Assembly (NCBI RefSeq): GCF_028368995.1 | Contig: NZ_JAQNDL010000001.1 | Location: forward strand, 448,001-512,000 | Direction of reading: 5' to 3' | Length of the DNA: 64,000 nt | Source of the DNA: Nannocystis bainbridge | GTDB lineage: Bacteria; Myxococcota_A; Polyangia; Nannocystales; Nannocystaceae | In this document: piece by piece, positions 28,060 through 37,330 of the stretch | Numbering within the stretch: the first letter of the stretch is position 1 | Layout of the letters: each line of letters begins with the position of its first letter | Translations under genes and position numbers: made by a program | Notes under the pieces: generated by a model | Databases searched by the model: none | The model's input: the letters and a program-made list of their open reading frames with translations, nothing else | What the model was told of the DNA's origin: nothing

Positions 28060-28623
28060 CTAGCGCTCCGCGACGGTCGGCGTGATGACCAGCCGATCGA
28101 GGCTCCCCGCGATCGTCTCGATCGGCAGCGGCTCCGGCTGGCGCAACCACCAGCCGATGATCTCGATCGTCGCCGAGGTCGCGAACGTGACCCGCAGATC
28201 GATCGGGCTGTCGCCCGTCGCCGGCGCCCCGAAATCCGCCGCCAGGGCGCGCGCCTGGCCCACGAACTGCTCGCGCAGCCGCGGCGCCGCCCCGCCCGTC
28301 AGCAGCGCCCGCCACAGCGCCCGCCGCCGCGACACGAACTCGAACAGCGCGACGCAGGCGCGGCCCGTGTTCTCGGCCGAAAACAGCGGCATCGCGGCCC
28401 CCAGCAGCCCGGCGATCTCGTCGGCCGCGAGGTCGTCGAGCAGCGCCTCCTTGTCCGGGTAGTGGCGGAAGAAGGTCGCGTAGCCGACCCCCGCCTCGGC
28501 CGCCAGCGCGCGCACCGTGATGGCCTCGAACGGCTCGCGTTCGAGCAGCGCGAGCATCGCGCGCAGCAGCTTGGCGCGGGTGCGCACCTGCCGGGCATCG
28601 GTTGCTGAGGCGTCGGAGACCAT
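28060..28623 (-). CDS. TetR family regulator
   Basis: ITVRALAAEAGVGYATFFRHYPDKEAL. Confidence 0.93.
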   Translation of the reverse strand: MVSDASATDARQVRTRAKLLRAMLALLEREPFEAITVRALAAEAGVGYATFFRHYPDKEALLDDLAADEIAGLLGAAMPLFSAENTGRACVALFEFVSRRRALWRALLTGGAAPRLREQFVGQARALAADFGAPATGDSPIDLRVTFATSATIEIIGWWLRQPEPLPIETIAGSLDRLVITPTVAER

Positions 28624-28646
28624 TTATGATACAGTGTGTCTCATAA
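28624..28646. promoter_or_regulatory. Probable TetR operator
   Basis: TTATGATACA-GTG-TGTCTCATAA, a 9/10 inverted repeat between divergent tetR and P450. Confidence 0.75.
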
Positions 28647-28670
28647 CCCGAGACGGGGAGCTGGCTGGCG

Positions 28671-29846
28671 ATGAGCGTGGATTCTGCTGCGAAATGTCCC
28701 TTCAATTCCACCCGCAACGACAGCAAGAGCGCGGCCGTCGTCACCCGGCGGATGAAGATCGAGAGCGGCGCCGAGCATATCCGCGCCTTTGAGCGGGCGC
28801 GCGAGGTCCTGCTCGACCGCGACCTGCTGCAGGGCGGCGCCGGCGCGGAGTTCGTCGACACCAGCGACCCGGACAAGGCCCCGGTGTTCTTCCTCGACGG
28901 CGCGCCGCACCGGGACAAGCGCACCAGCATCGCCCGCTTCTTCACGCCCAAGGCGATCACCAGCCGCTACCACGCGATCATCGAGCGCGAGACGGCGCGG
29001 CTGCTCGGGCAGCTCCGGCGCGACGGCCGGGCCCAGCTCGACGTCATCAGCTTCGAGCTCACGGTCGCGGTCGCGGCCAACATCGTCGGGCTCACCGACA
29101 GCGACATGCCGAAGATGGCGCGCCGGCTCTCGATGATGCTGTCCGCCGGCTGGCACCACCGCATCAACCTGCTCGGCAGGGTCGCCGCCGGCCTGCGCAA
29201 GGGCCGGGCCATGCTCGGCTTCTACGTCCACGACATCACCCCTGCCCTGCGGTCCCGTCGCAAGGCGCCAAAGGACGACCTCCTCTCCGAGCTGCTGGCC
29301 CGGGGCGCCACGCAGCGGGCCATCCTCACCGAGTGCATGACCTACGCCGCCGCCGGCATGGTGACCACGCGCGAGTTCATCGTCATGTGCGCCTGGCACC
29401 TGTTCGATCGGCCGGAGCTGCGCGCCGACTTCCTCGCCGGCGACGAGGCGCGTCAGTTCGCCATCCTCAACGAGATCCTCCGCCTCGAGCCGATCGCCTC
29501 GCTGCTCTACCGCCGCGACGGCGACGCCGCCGGCGCGGACAGGCACAAGTATGCGCTCGACCTGCGGGCGATCCACGAGGACGAGGCCGCCGTTGGCCCA
29601 TGCCCGCGCACCCTCGATCCCGACCGGGCCCAGCGCATGAAGACCAACGGCGCCTACCTCAGCTTCGGCGCCGGCGCCCACCACTGCCCCGGCAAGCAGG
29701 TCGCGCTCCACGAGACCCGCATGTTCCTCGACGCCCTGCTGCGCGTCCCCGGCGTCCGCCTCGCCCGCGCCCCGGACGTCGGCTGGTCAGAGATGCTGCT
29801 CAGCTACGAGCTGCGCGACGCGGTCGTGACCTGCGACCCGGCGTGA
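28671..29846 (+). CDS. Cytochrome P450
   Basis: AGMVTT I-helix, EILR (ExxR), FGAGAHHCPG heme motif. Confidence 0.93.
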   Translation: MSVDSAAKCPFNSTRNDSKSAAVVTRRMKIESGAEHIRAFERAREVLLDRDLLQGGAGAEFVDTSDPDKAPVFFLDGAPHRDKRTSIARFFTPKAITSRYHAIIERETARLLGQLRRDGRAQLDVISFELTVAVAANIVGLTDSDMPKMARRLSMMLSAGWHHRINLLGRVAAGLRKGRAMLGFYVHDITPALRSRRKAPKDDLLSELLARGATQRAILTECMTYAAAGMVTTREFIVMCAWHLFDRPELRADFLAGDEARQFAILNEILRLEPIASLLYRRDGDAAGADRHKYALDLRAIHEDEAAVGPCPRTLDPDRAQRMKTNGAYLSFGAGAHHCPGKQVALHETRMFLDALLRVPGVRLARAPDVGWSEMLLSYELRDAVVTCDPA

Positions 29847-29854
29847 GCCGGGCG

Positions 29855-29945
29855 TGTCATGTCCCCCGGGACATGTCGATCGCGCATCATCCTTCGGAGA
29901 GCGACTCGCGTGTCTCGGGCTTTACATGTCCCTCGGGACATGTCG
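29855..29945. repeat. Two 14-bp-phased pairs of GGACATGTCC-like units
   Basis: CATG cores at 29858/29872 and 29925/29939, between convergent genes. Confidence 0.75.
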
Positions 29946-30041
29946 AGGACGACGTCCTTCGAAATTCGACCCTCGCTACCCGAAATTAACCAGTCTCTCG
30001 AGACATGGCCTGTCGCTTCGGACAGGTCGGTCCGCGCCCCC

Positions 30042-31082
30042 TCAATAGAGATTCTTCTCGTAGTCGTGGGCGAGCGCCGCGTTCATCACCCACGGCGACG
30101 CCAGCTTGCGCAGCAGCTTCGCCGCCAGCCCGCGCTCCTTGTTGCGCTTGACGTGCTCGACGAACACCCGGCTCATCTCGGGCAGCGCCGCCCGGTCCGC
30201 GTGGCGCGAGCGGTCCCACAGCCCCGACGCCACGATCGCTGGGCTCTCGGCCAGGCGGACCGCCGTCACCGCGAGCACCAGCGCCAGCTTCGGCGTCTTG
30301 CCGGCGACGCGCATGCTCGTCAGCAGCGGTGGATCGGCGGTGAGCCAGGCCGACCCGCTCGCCTCGAGCACGCGGCCGTCGCCCGGCACCAATGCCAGCA
30401 AGGCCACCCGCGACTGCTCGATCACGTTGTGAAACGTATCGGTGCGGCGATTGCCCGGGCGCTCGGGGACCGCCAGGCCGCTGTCGCCGACGATCCGGAG
30501 AAAGCCCGCGGGGTCGCCCTTGGGGCTCACGTCGGCCGCCCCAGCGGCGTCCCACGAGCTCAGCGTCACCAGCGGTGCGCGGGCCAGGAACGCCAGCACC
30601 TCCGCGTCCGCCAGCGGCCCGCGCTGCGCCTCGCCGAGCGGGCCGCCATCGTCGCCCGCCGCGGCCTCGCCCCACAGCGACGAGCGCAGCAGCGCCTTGG
30701 CGCAATGGGCGAACGCCTCCTCGACCTCCAGCAGCAGCGCGTCTCCGTCGCGCCGGCCGACCCCGTTGACCCGCAAGGTCTCGCCGAGGCCGGGGATGAG
30801 CAGCAGCAGCCCGCAGCCGACCTGCGAGCTCGGCGCGATCGGCTCGTGCAGCGGCAGACGCAGCCGCCCGGCGTCCAGCACCTCGACGAAGCCCGCAGGT
30901 CCGCCGAGCGCCGTCGTGCGCGGCCGGCCCTCGTCGTCGACGAAGCCGACGACCACGAAGGTGCACGCGGCGATCAGCCGCACGCAGTTGTCGTCGAGCG
31001 CGTCGATCGACTTCATCAGCGAACCGAGCGGACGCGAACCGACGACGCGCTCGAGGCCTTCGACCGAGGTGATCCGCTCCAT
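30042..31082 (-). CDS. Tandem-domain pyridoxamine 5'-phosphate oxidase-like FMN-binding protein (MSMEG_1061-like)
   Basis: LLLIPGLGETLRVNG, VEEAFAHCAKALLRS, DVSPKGDPAGF, PERPGNRRTD. Confidence 0.85.
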   Translation of the reverse strand: MERITSVEGLERVVGSRPLGSLMKSIDALDDNCVRLIAACTFVVVGFVDDEGRPRTTALGGPAGFVEVLDAGRLRLPLHEPIAPSSQVGCGLLLLIPGLGETLRVNGVGRRDGDALLLEVEEAFAHCAKALLRSSLWGEAAAGDDGGPLGEAQRGPLADAEVLAFLARAPLVTLSSWDAAGAADVSPKGDPAGFLRIVGDSGLAVPERPGNRRTDTFHNVIEQSRVALLALVPGDGRVLEASGSAWLTADPPLLTSMRVAGKTPKLALVLAVTAVRLAESPAIVASGLWDRSRHADRAALPEMSRVFVEHVKRNKERGLAAKLLRKLASPWVMNAALAHDYEKNLY

Positions 31083-31196
31083 GCACCCCCGAGTGTGCGC
31101 CGGGCGAGCGCGCCGAGCAACGCGCGCTCGCCCGCGCGTCGAGCCGCATGGGCCTCGACGGCCTCAGCGACGCCGCCCAGTCCTGGGCTCGCGCGG

Positions 31197-32807
31197 TCAT
31201 GGGCCGCGATGAAACGGGTTGGCGCGTCCCGAGGTATCGCTGTCGGCCTGCCAGCGCGGCGTCCACCGGACGATGCACCGCGCCGCGTGTTCGCCGGGGA
31301 ACAGCGCCTCGAAGCGCTCGCGGTAGACGTACGCCTCCGCGGTGGCGGGCGTGGCGTACGGGAACCGCTCCGCGGCTCGCGCCAGCTCGCTCGGGGTCAC
31401 CACGCGCTCGGCGTGCGTCCGCAACGCGTCGACCCAGCCGTAGCCGACGCCGTCGGAGAACTGCTCCTTCTGTCGCCACAGCACCGACGCGGGGAGCAGC
31501 GGATCGGCCTCGTCGGCGAAAGCCTGGCGCAGCAGCCACTTCTCGACCCGCCCCTCGACGCCGGGGCTCGCGCTCCGCGGCTGCTTGAGCTCGGGCGACA
31601 GCGACATCGCCAGGTCGAGGAAGGAGAGGTCGAGGAACGGGACCCGCGCCTCCACCCCGTGCGCCATCGTGCTCTTGTCGGCGCGCAGGACGTCGCTGAG
31701 GTGGAGGTTGGCGACGCGCGCGATCGTCTCGCGGCGCAGCTCCTCCGGATCTTCGGCGTAATAGAAATAGAGATAGCCGCCGAAGATCTCGTCGGAGCCC
31801 TCGCCTGATAGCACGACCTTCACGCCCTGGTCGCGGATATAGCGGCTCAGGAAATACATCGGGATGCTGGCCCGAATCGTGGGGATGTCATACGATTCGA
31901 CGTGGCGGATGATGTCGTCGAGCGCGGCGATCCCATCCTCCACGCGGAACAACACCTCGTGGTGCGTGGTGCCGAGGAATTGGGCGACCTGCCGGGCCGC
32001 GCACAGGTCGGGCGCGTCCTTGTCGACGCCGATGGCGAAGCTATGGACCTCCGCGCGAGGATCGCGGGCGCGCACGAGCCGGGTAGCGAGCGCGGCGATC
32101 AGGCTCGAGTCGAGCCCCCCCGACAGCAGCAACCCGAGCGGCACGTCGCTCATCAGCCGCTTCTCGACCGCGTCGCTCAGCCGCTGGCGCAGCCGAGACG
32201 GATCGCCGACCTCGCCCCCCTCGCCGCGCAGCCAGGCGGGCGCGTACCAGCGACGCAGGCCGCCGCTGCGCGTCATGAGGTGGCCGGGCGGGAACACCTC
32301 GAACGACACGCAATTGTCGATCAGCGCCTTGAGCTCCGACGCGAACCACAGGTTGCCGGCGCGGTCGCGGCCGTAGTAGAGCGGCTTGATGCCGATCGGG
32401 TCGCGGGCGACGAGCCAATCGTCGCCATGCACGGCGGCGAAGGCGAAGATCCCGTCCAGCGCCTCGACGCACGCCTCCCCCCGCTCCTCGTAGAGATGCG
32501 CGAGGACCTCGCTGTCCGAGCCGCTGACGCACTGACGTCCCGAGCCGGCGAGCTCCCGAGCGAGCGCGCGGAAGTTGTAGATCTCGCCGTTGTGGATCAC
32601 CGCGGCGCCGTCACGCCCGAGGATCGGCTGCTTGCCCTGCGCGGGGTCCATGATGGCGAGTCGTCGGTGGCAGAGCACCGCGCTGCCGAGGCGCATCCAC
32701 AAGCCGCTGCCGTCGGGGCCTCGATGGGCCAGCCGCGTCGCCGCCGACTCCGCGGCGGCCGCGACGTGGCCGTCGACGTTGCCGAATACTGCAATGATTC
32801 CGCACAT
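31197..32807 (-). CDS. asnB: Glutamine-hydrolysing asparagine synthetase B
   Basis: MCGII N-terminal nucleophile, HRGPD, HNGEIYN, LSGGLDSS, SGEGSDE, RVPFLD, KEQFSDGVG. Confidence 0.95.
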   Translation of the reverse strand: MCGIIAVFGNVDGHVAAAAESAATRLAHRGPDGSGLWMRLGSAVLCHRRLAIMDPAQGKQPILGRDGAAVIHNGEIYNFRALARELAGSGRQCVSGSDSEVLAHLYEERGEACVEALDGIFAFAAVHGDDWLVARDPIGIKPLYYGRDRAGNLWFASELKALIDNCVSFEVFPPGHLMTRSGGLRRWYAPAWLRGEGGEVGDPSRLRQRLSDAVEKRLMSDVPLGLLLSGGLDSSLIAALATRLVRARDPRAEVHSFAIGVDKDAPDLCAARQVAQFLGTTHHEVLFRVEDGIAALDDIIRHVESYDIPTIRASIPMYFLSRYIRDQGVKVVLSGEGSDEIFGGYLYFYYAEDPEELRRETIARVANLHLSDVLRADKSTMAHGVEARVPFLDLSFLDLAMSLSPELKQPRSASPGVEGRVEKWLLRQAFADEADPLLPASVLWRQKEQFSDGVGYGWVDALRTHAERVVTPSELARAAERFPYATPATAEAYVYRERFEALFPGEHAARCIVRWTPRWQADSDTSGRANPFHRGP

Positions 32808-32811
32808 GTCG

Positions 32812-34140
32812 TCACCTCCGTTGCGCGTCGCGCAGCGCTCGCTGGTAGAAGAATTCCGGCTCACCGCCGGCCGGGCGCAGCTCGTCGAGCCAGGCCGCGC
32901 GCTCGTCGTACTCGGCGAGGAAGGTGCGGCCCACCCACGCCGGATCGCGCCCCTGCAGCATCCGCAGCGAGAAGCACAGCTTCCCGTCAGACTCGACCAC
33001 GCCGTCGATGGCGACCTTCCCCGGGGTGGCCGACATGGACGGGCCGCGGGCGGTGCGACAGAGGCCCGACACATGCCGCTGCGCGTCGGTGAAGATGGCC
33101 AGCGCCCGCGCGAGCGGGACCTTGAAGTACTCCTTCGGGCCGGTGTCGCGCTCGATGAACATGTAATACGGCACCGCGCCCAGCCCCACCTGCGCCCGCC
33201 ACAACTGCGCCCATACGCCCGGATCGTCGTTGACCCGGCGGATCAGCGGCGCCTGGCAGCGGATCACCGCGCCCGTCGAGCGCACGCGCCGAATCGCCGC
33301 GATCGCGGCCGACGTCTCGAACTCGCGCGGGTGCGACGAATGAGCCATCAATGCCAGGTGCATGCCTCGCTCGTTCACCTCCTCGAACAGCCGCAAGAGG
33401 TCGTCCGCGTCCGCGTCGCTGGTGAACCGGTACGGCCAGTACGCCAGCGCCTTGGTGCCGATCCGGATGGTGGTCAGCCCGGGCAGTCGGGCCTCGAGCA
33501 GCGGCTCGATCGTGCGGCGCAGCGCCGCCGTGCGCATCACCAGCGGGTCACCGCCCGTGATGAGCACGTCCGTCACCTCCGGGTGGCGGCGCAGGTACTC
33601 CACCAGCTGTTCGGCCTCTCGCGCGGCGAACTTGAGATCGTCGAGGCCGACGAACTGCGGCCAGCGGAAGCAGTACGTACAGTACGCGTGGCACGTCTGT
33701 CCCTGCGCCGGGAAGAACAGCACGGTCTCGCGGTACTTGTGCTGCATCCCTCGCACCGCCCGGCCGTCCATCGTCGGCACGTTGAGGGTGATCTGCCCGG
33801 CCGGATGCGGGTTGAGGCCGCGCTGGATCCGCCGCACCGCCGCCTCGATCTCGCTGCCCGGCGCCTCGGCGCGCAGCAGATCGGCGACGACCTGCAGATC
33901 GCCGGCGTCCAGCATCTCGGGCTGGGGAAACGTCAATTGATAGATCGGGTCGTCGGGGACGCGCCGCCAATCGATGAGCTCTTCGAGGACGTATCGGTTG
34001 ACCCGGAACGGCAGGACGCGGGCCACTGCGGTCAACTGCAGGCGAGTGTCGGCGGGCAGCGCGGCGATCTGGGGGATCGTCGCCAGGTCGCGCAACGTGA
34101 TCGGAGCATACGTGGGTCGTGGCGGTGTGGAATCAAGCAC
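32812..34140 (-). CDS. KamA-like radical SAM 2,3-aminomutase family protein
   Basis: QHKYRETVL, CHAYCTYCFRW (CxxxCxxC), DVLITGGDPL, IRIGTK, NDD, PYY, SATPGK; GGAGG RBS before GTG 34140. Confidence 0.92.
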   Translation of the reverse strand: MLDSTPPRPTYAPITLRDLATIPQIAALPADTRLQLTAVARVLPFRVNRYVLEELIDWRRVPDDPIYQLTFPQPEMLDAGDLQVVADLLRAEAPGSEIEAAVRRIQRGLNPHPAGQITLNVPTMDGRAVRGMQHKYRETVLFFPAQGQTCHAYCTYCFRWPQFVGLDDLKFAAREAEQLVEYLRRHPEVTDVLITGGDPLVMRTAALRRTIEPLLEARLPGLTTIRIGTKALAYWPYRFTSDADADDLLRLFEEVNERGMHLALMAHSSHPREFETSAAIAAIRRVRSTGAVIRCQAPLIRRVNDDPGVWAQLWRAQVGLGAVPYYMFIERDTGPKEYFKVPLARALAIFTDAQRHVSGLCRTARGPSMSATPGKVAIDGVVESDGKLCFSLRMLQGRDPAWVGRTFLAEYDERAAWLDELRPAGGEPEFFYQRALRDAQRR

Positions 34141-34182
34141 GAGGCCTCCGTGCGCGCGGCGGTCCGCGCGGACAGGACCCGG

Positions 34183-34199
34183 AGCAAGCGGTGTGCCAA
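34183..34199 (-). promoter_or_regulatory. Sigma54 -24/-12 promoter for kamA-like/asnB
   Basis: Minus strand reads TTGGCACACCGCTTGCT, i.e. TGGCAC-N5-TTGC, 43 nt above the start codon. Confidence 0.85.
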
Positions 34200-34282
34200 G
34201 GGTCTCGAGACCACGCCGCGGGCGGGAGCAGCCTGGATCGTCGAGCGTCGGGGACGCGCCGCGGCGAGGGTCGCGCGACCCT

Positions 34283-34315
34283 GGGAAATTTTCCCGGCGG
34301 CCCGGCAATATGCCC
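34283..34315. promoter_or_regulatory. Tandem candidate enhancer (UAS) sites
   Basis: GGGAAATTTTCCC (34283-95) and CGGCAATATGCCC (34303-15), centres 20 bp apart, about 85-115 bp upstream of the -24 box. Confidence 0.55.
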
Positions 34316-34386
34316 GCCCTGTCCGCGCTCCCCGCCGTCCTGGCGCGGTTTCCCAATTGGCGCGGACCGTGCTTCTCTTGGCCGCC

Positions 34387-35835
34387 ATGAACGCGTCCCC
34401 GCTCGGCTCCAAGCGCTGGCGTACGGGCTTGCTGACGACCGCGATGGTGCTCGCAATCGGCGTCATCGCCGCTCTCGGGGTGATGGACGAGCGTTCGCTG
34501 GTGTCGACGACGCGCATCGAGAGCTCTCGCGAGCCGCGCGTGCTGGCGGAGGTGCTGGCGTCGGAGTTCAGGGCCGGCCTGTCGTCGCTCGGCGGCGACG
34601 AGCCCGCGGGCGCCGGTCACGCCGAGGGCGGCGCGTGGCGCTTCGAGGACACCTCGCTGGTGATCGAGCCGCGCCAACTGCTCCACGAGGACGCGATCGC
34701 CAACGACGCCGATCACCGCCTGCTGGTGTGGGCGACCGCGACGGGGGACCCGCGGACCATCGACGGTGTGCGCGTGGACATCCCGAGCGTGGCCCACGCC
34801 GCGACGGCGGGCGAGAGCAGCGCGTGGCTGACCCCGAGCGAGGCGCATCGCCTCGGGCTGCCCGAGGAGCTCGCGGTCGCCGGCCTGTCCCGCGTCGACG
34901 ATCCGCGGTTCGGCGAGTGGATCGTCGCCGTCGTCAGCTCGACCGAACGCCAGCGCGCACGCGAGGCCCGTCGCTACGCCCGGACCATCGTCATGGTCAG
35001 CCTCGCCAGCCTCGTGGTGCTCGGCTTCGGGTTGGTCCTCCTCCGCACGCAGCGCCAGGAGCGGGCCTTCGAGCGCATGCTGGCGCGCGAGTCGATGCGG
35101 GCCCAGCAGGAGGTCCAGCTCGCCCGCGAAGGCCGCGCCGCGACCATGTTGACGTTCGCCGCCGGCATCGCCCACGAGCTGTCGACCCCGCTCGGCGTGA
35201 TCGCCATGCGCGCCGAGCAGCTCGAGAACAACGCCGACGACGATCGTGCGCGCCGCGGCGCGCGGGCGATCACCGAGCAGGTGGCGAAGATCCGGGAGAG
35301 CGCGCGCGGCTTCCTGGCGATCGCCCGCGGCGCGGCCCCGCTGCACGAGCGGTTCCCGGCCGACGACGTCCTCCGCAGCGCGGTCGCCCGCGTCGAGCAC
35401 CGGTTCGAGCGCGCCGGCGTCTCGCTGCGCGTCCAGTCGCTGTCCGGGCTGCCGTGGATCTACGGCGACGCGCGGCTGCTCGAGCACGCGTTGACGAACC
35501 TGCTGCTCAACGCGTGCGACGCGTCGCGCGTGCGCGGAGAGGTCGAACTCGGCGCGTCGCGGAGCGACTCGCAGCTCGAGATCGTGGTCAGCGATCGCGG
35601 CGGAGGCATCGATCCGGCCATCCGCGGCCGCATGCAGCCGTTCTTCAGCACCAAGGCGGAGGGCACGGGCCTCGGCCTGGCGATCGCCAGCGAGGTCATG
35701 CGCATGCACCGAGGCGAGCTCCGGCTCGACGAGCGCTCCGGCGGCGGAACGAACGCCGTGCTACGCTTGCCGGCCGAACCCATGTCCGACGATGCTCTCG
35801 CCGACGAAGCACAAGACGCGCATCCTGCTGGTTGA
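34387..35835 (+). CDS. Membrane sensor histidine kinase
   Basis: Two TM helices around a periplasmic domain; IAHELSTPL; NLLLNA; PFFSTK.EGTGLGL. Confidence 0.9.
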   Translation: MNASPLGSKRWRTGLLTTAMVLAIGVIAALGVMDERSLVSTTRIESSREPRVLAEVLASEFRAGLSSLGGDEPAGAGHAEGGAWRFEDTSLVIEPRQLLHEDAIANDADHRLLVWATATGDPRTIDGVRVDIPSVAHAATAGESSAWLTPSEAHRLGLPEELAVAGLSRVDDPRFGEWIVAVVSSTERQRAREARRYARTIVMVSLASLVVLGFGLVLLRTQRQERAFERMLARESMRAQQEVQLAREGRAATMLTFAAGIAHELSTPLGVIAMRAEQLENNADDDRARRGARAITEQVAKIRESARGFLAIARGAAPLHERFPADDVLRSAVARVEHRFERAGVSLRVQSLSGLPWIYGDARLLEHALTNLLLNACDASRVRGEVELGASRSDSQLEIVVSDRGGGIDPAIRGRMQPFFSTKAEGTGLGLAIASEVMRMHRGELRLDERSGGGTNAVLRLPAEPMSDDALADEAQDAHPAG

Positions 35836-37174
35836 CGACGACCTCGACATGCTCGAGGCCCTCAGCGACGGATTGACGGAGAAGGGCTTCGAGGTCGCGG
35901 CGGCGCGCTCGGCCGAGGCGGCGCTGGTGCACCTCGCGGAGGCGAACTTCGACGTGATGGTGACCGACCTGCGCATGACCGGGGCCGACGGGCTCACGCT
36001 GCTGGCCCAGGCGCGGGCCCTCAACCCGCAGCTGCCCGTGATCGTGATGACGGCCTACAGCGCGCTCGACACCGCGATCGAGGCCGTGCGCCGCGGCGCC
36101 TTCCACTACCTGGCGAAGCCGTTCCGCGTCGACGAGCTCCTCATCTTCGTCCGTCGCGCCTTCGAGGACGCCCAGCTCCGCCGTGAGGCCGAGGTGCTGC
36201 GCCACGCCCTGCGCGTCCAGCCGGGGCCGCCCGGCCTGCTCGGCGGCAGCGCGGCGATGCAGGAGCTGTTCCGCATCATCGACCGCGTCGCCGGGACGTC
36301 GGCGCCGGTCCTCATCACCGGCGAGACCGGCACCGGCAAGACCCTGGTCGCCTCCACCATCCACCAGCGCAGCGGTCGCGCCTCGGCGCCGTTGGTCGCC
36401 CTGAACTGCGCCGCGCTGCCCGAGAACTTGCTGGAGAGCGAGCTGTTCGGTCACGTGCGTGGGGCGTTCAGCGGGGCCACCTCCAGCTCCGCCGGTCTGT
36501 TCTCTGCCGCCGACGGCGGCAGCATCCTGCTCGACGAGATCGGCGAGATGGTGCTGCCGATGCAGGCCAAGCTGCTGCACGTGATCGAGCGCGGCGCGGT
36601 CCGCCCGATCGGCGGCACAAAGGAGCGGCCGATCGACGTCCGGATCCTCGCCGCCACCAACCGCGACCTCGAGCAGGCCGTCCGCGACGGGCGGTTCCGC
36701 GAGGATCTGCTGTACCGCCTCAACCTCGTCGTGCTCGAGCTGCCGCCGCTGCGCGAGCGCACCGGGGACCTGCCGGAGCTCATCGACCATTTCCTCGACA
36801 AGGCCCGGGCGCGCTACCCCGACAGCCCGGTCCGCAGCTTCTCTCTCGCGGCCCTCGAGCGGCTCCTCGCCCACCCGTGGCCCGGCAACGTCCGCGAGCT
36901 GTCCCACACCATCGAGCGTCTGATCCTGCTCGGTCACGGGGCGACGATCGAGGTGGCCGACCTGCCTCGCAGCTTCAACACGCCCCCGGACGCGCACCCG
37001 GCGTTCGACGCGATCGTGCCGATGCGAGAGATGCAGCGCCGATACGCCACCTGGGTGCTGGAGCAGGTCGACGGCATCCGCGCGCACGCAGCCCGCCGCC
37101 TCGGCATCGACGTCAAGACCCTGGGGCGGCTGCTCAGCGCGCAGGAGCCTGCGGACCTCGACATGAAAGAATGA
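35792..37174 (+). CDS. Sigma54-dependent response regulator (NtrC/AtoC family)
   Basis: Receiver (LVDDD, TDLRM), [42 protein letters not shown]-terminal HTH. Confidence 0.95.
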   Translation: MLSPTKHKTRILLVDDDLDMLEALSDGLTEKGFEVAAARSAEAALVHLAEANFDVMVTDLRMTGADGLTLLAQARALNPQLPVIVMTAYSALDTAIEAVRRGAFHYLAKPFRVDELLIFVRRAFEDAQLRREAEVLRHALRVQPGPPGLLGGSAAMQELFRIIDRVAGTSAPVLITGETGTGKTLVASTIHQRSGRASAPLVALNCAALPENLLESELFGHVRGAFSGATSSSAGLFSAADGGSILLDEIGEMVLPMQAKLLHVIERGAVRPIGGTKERPIDVRILAATNRDLEQAVRDGRFREDLLYRLNLVVLELPPLRERTGDLPELIDHFLDKARARYPDSPVRSFSLAALERLLAHPWPGNVRELSHTIERLILLGHGATIEVADLPRSFNTPPDAHPAFDAIVPMREMQRRYATWVLEQVDGIRAHAARRLGIDVKTLGRLLSAQEPADLDMKE

Positions 37175-37330
37175 CGGCGCCGCGAGCGGCGTGCATGGTC
37201 GATCGGTCAGGCTGAATGTTCTGCTCGTCGCAGGCGGCGCGCAGCTCCACGAGCAGGTCTCGCTCCCGGGCCGTGATGCGCCGCGCGCGGCGGCCCCTGC
37301 GGAGCCGCTCGCGGCCTGCCCGTGCGGGTC

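Noticed and set aside
25726-34140. Single biosynthetic gene cluster (MFS, P450, AsnB, radical SAM)
   Set aside because: No scaffold enzyme or precursor peptide seen; the P450 has its own TetR operator and opposite orientation; AsnB looks canonical rather than a lasso cyclase.
37195-37330. Protein-like fragment 'ITARERDLLVELRAACDEQNIQP' on the minus strand
   Set aside because: No credible start or RBS and too short to assign.
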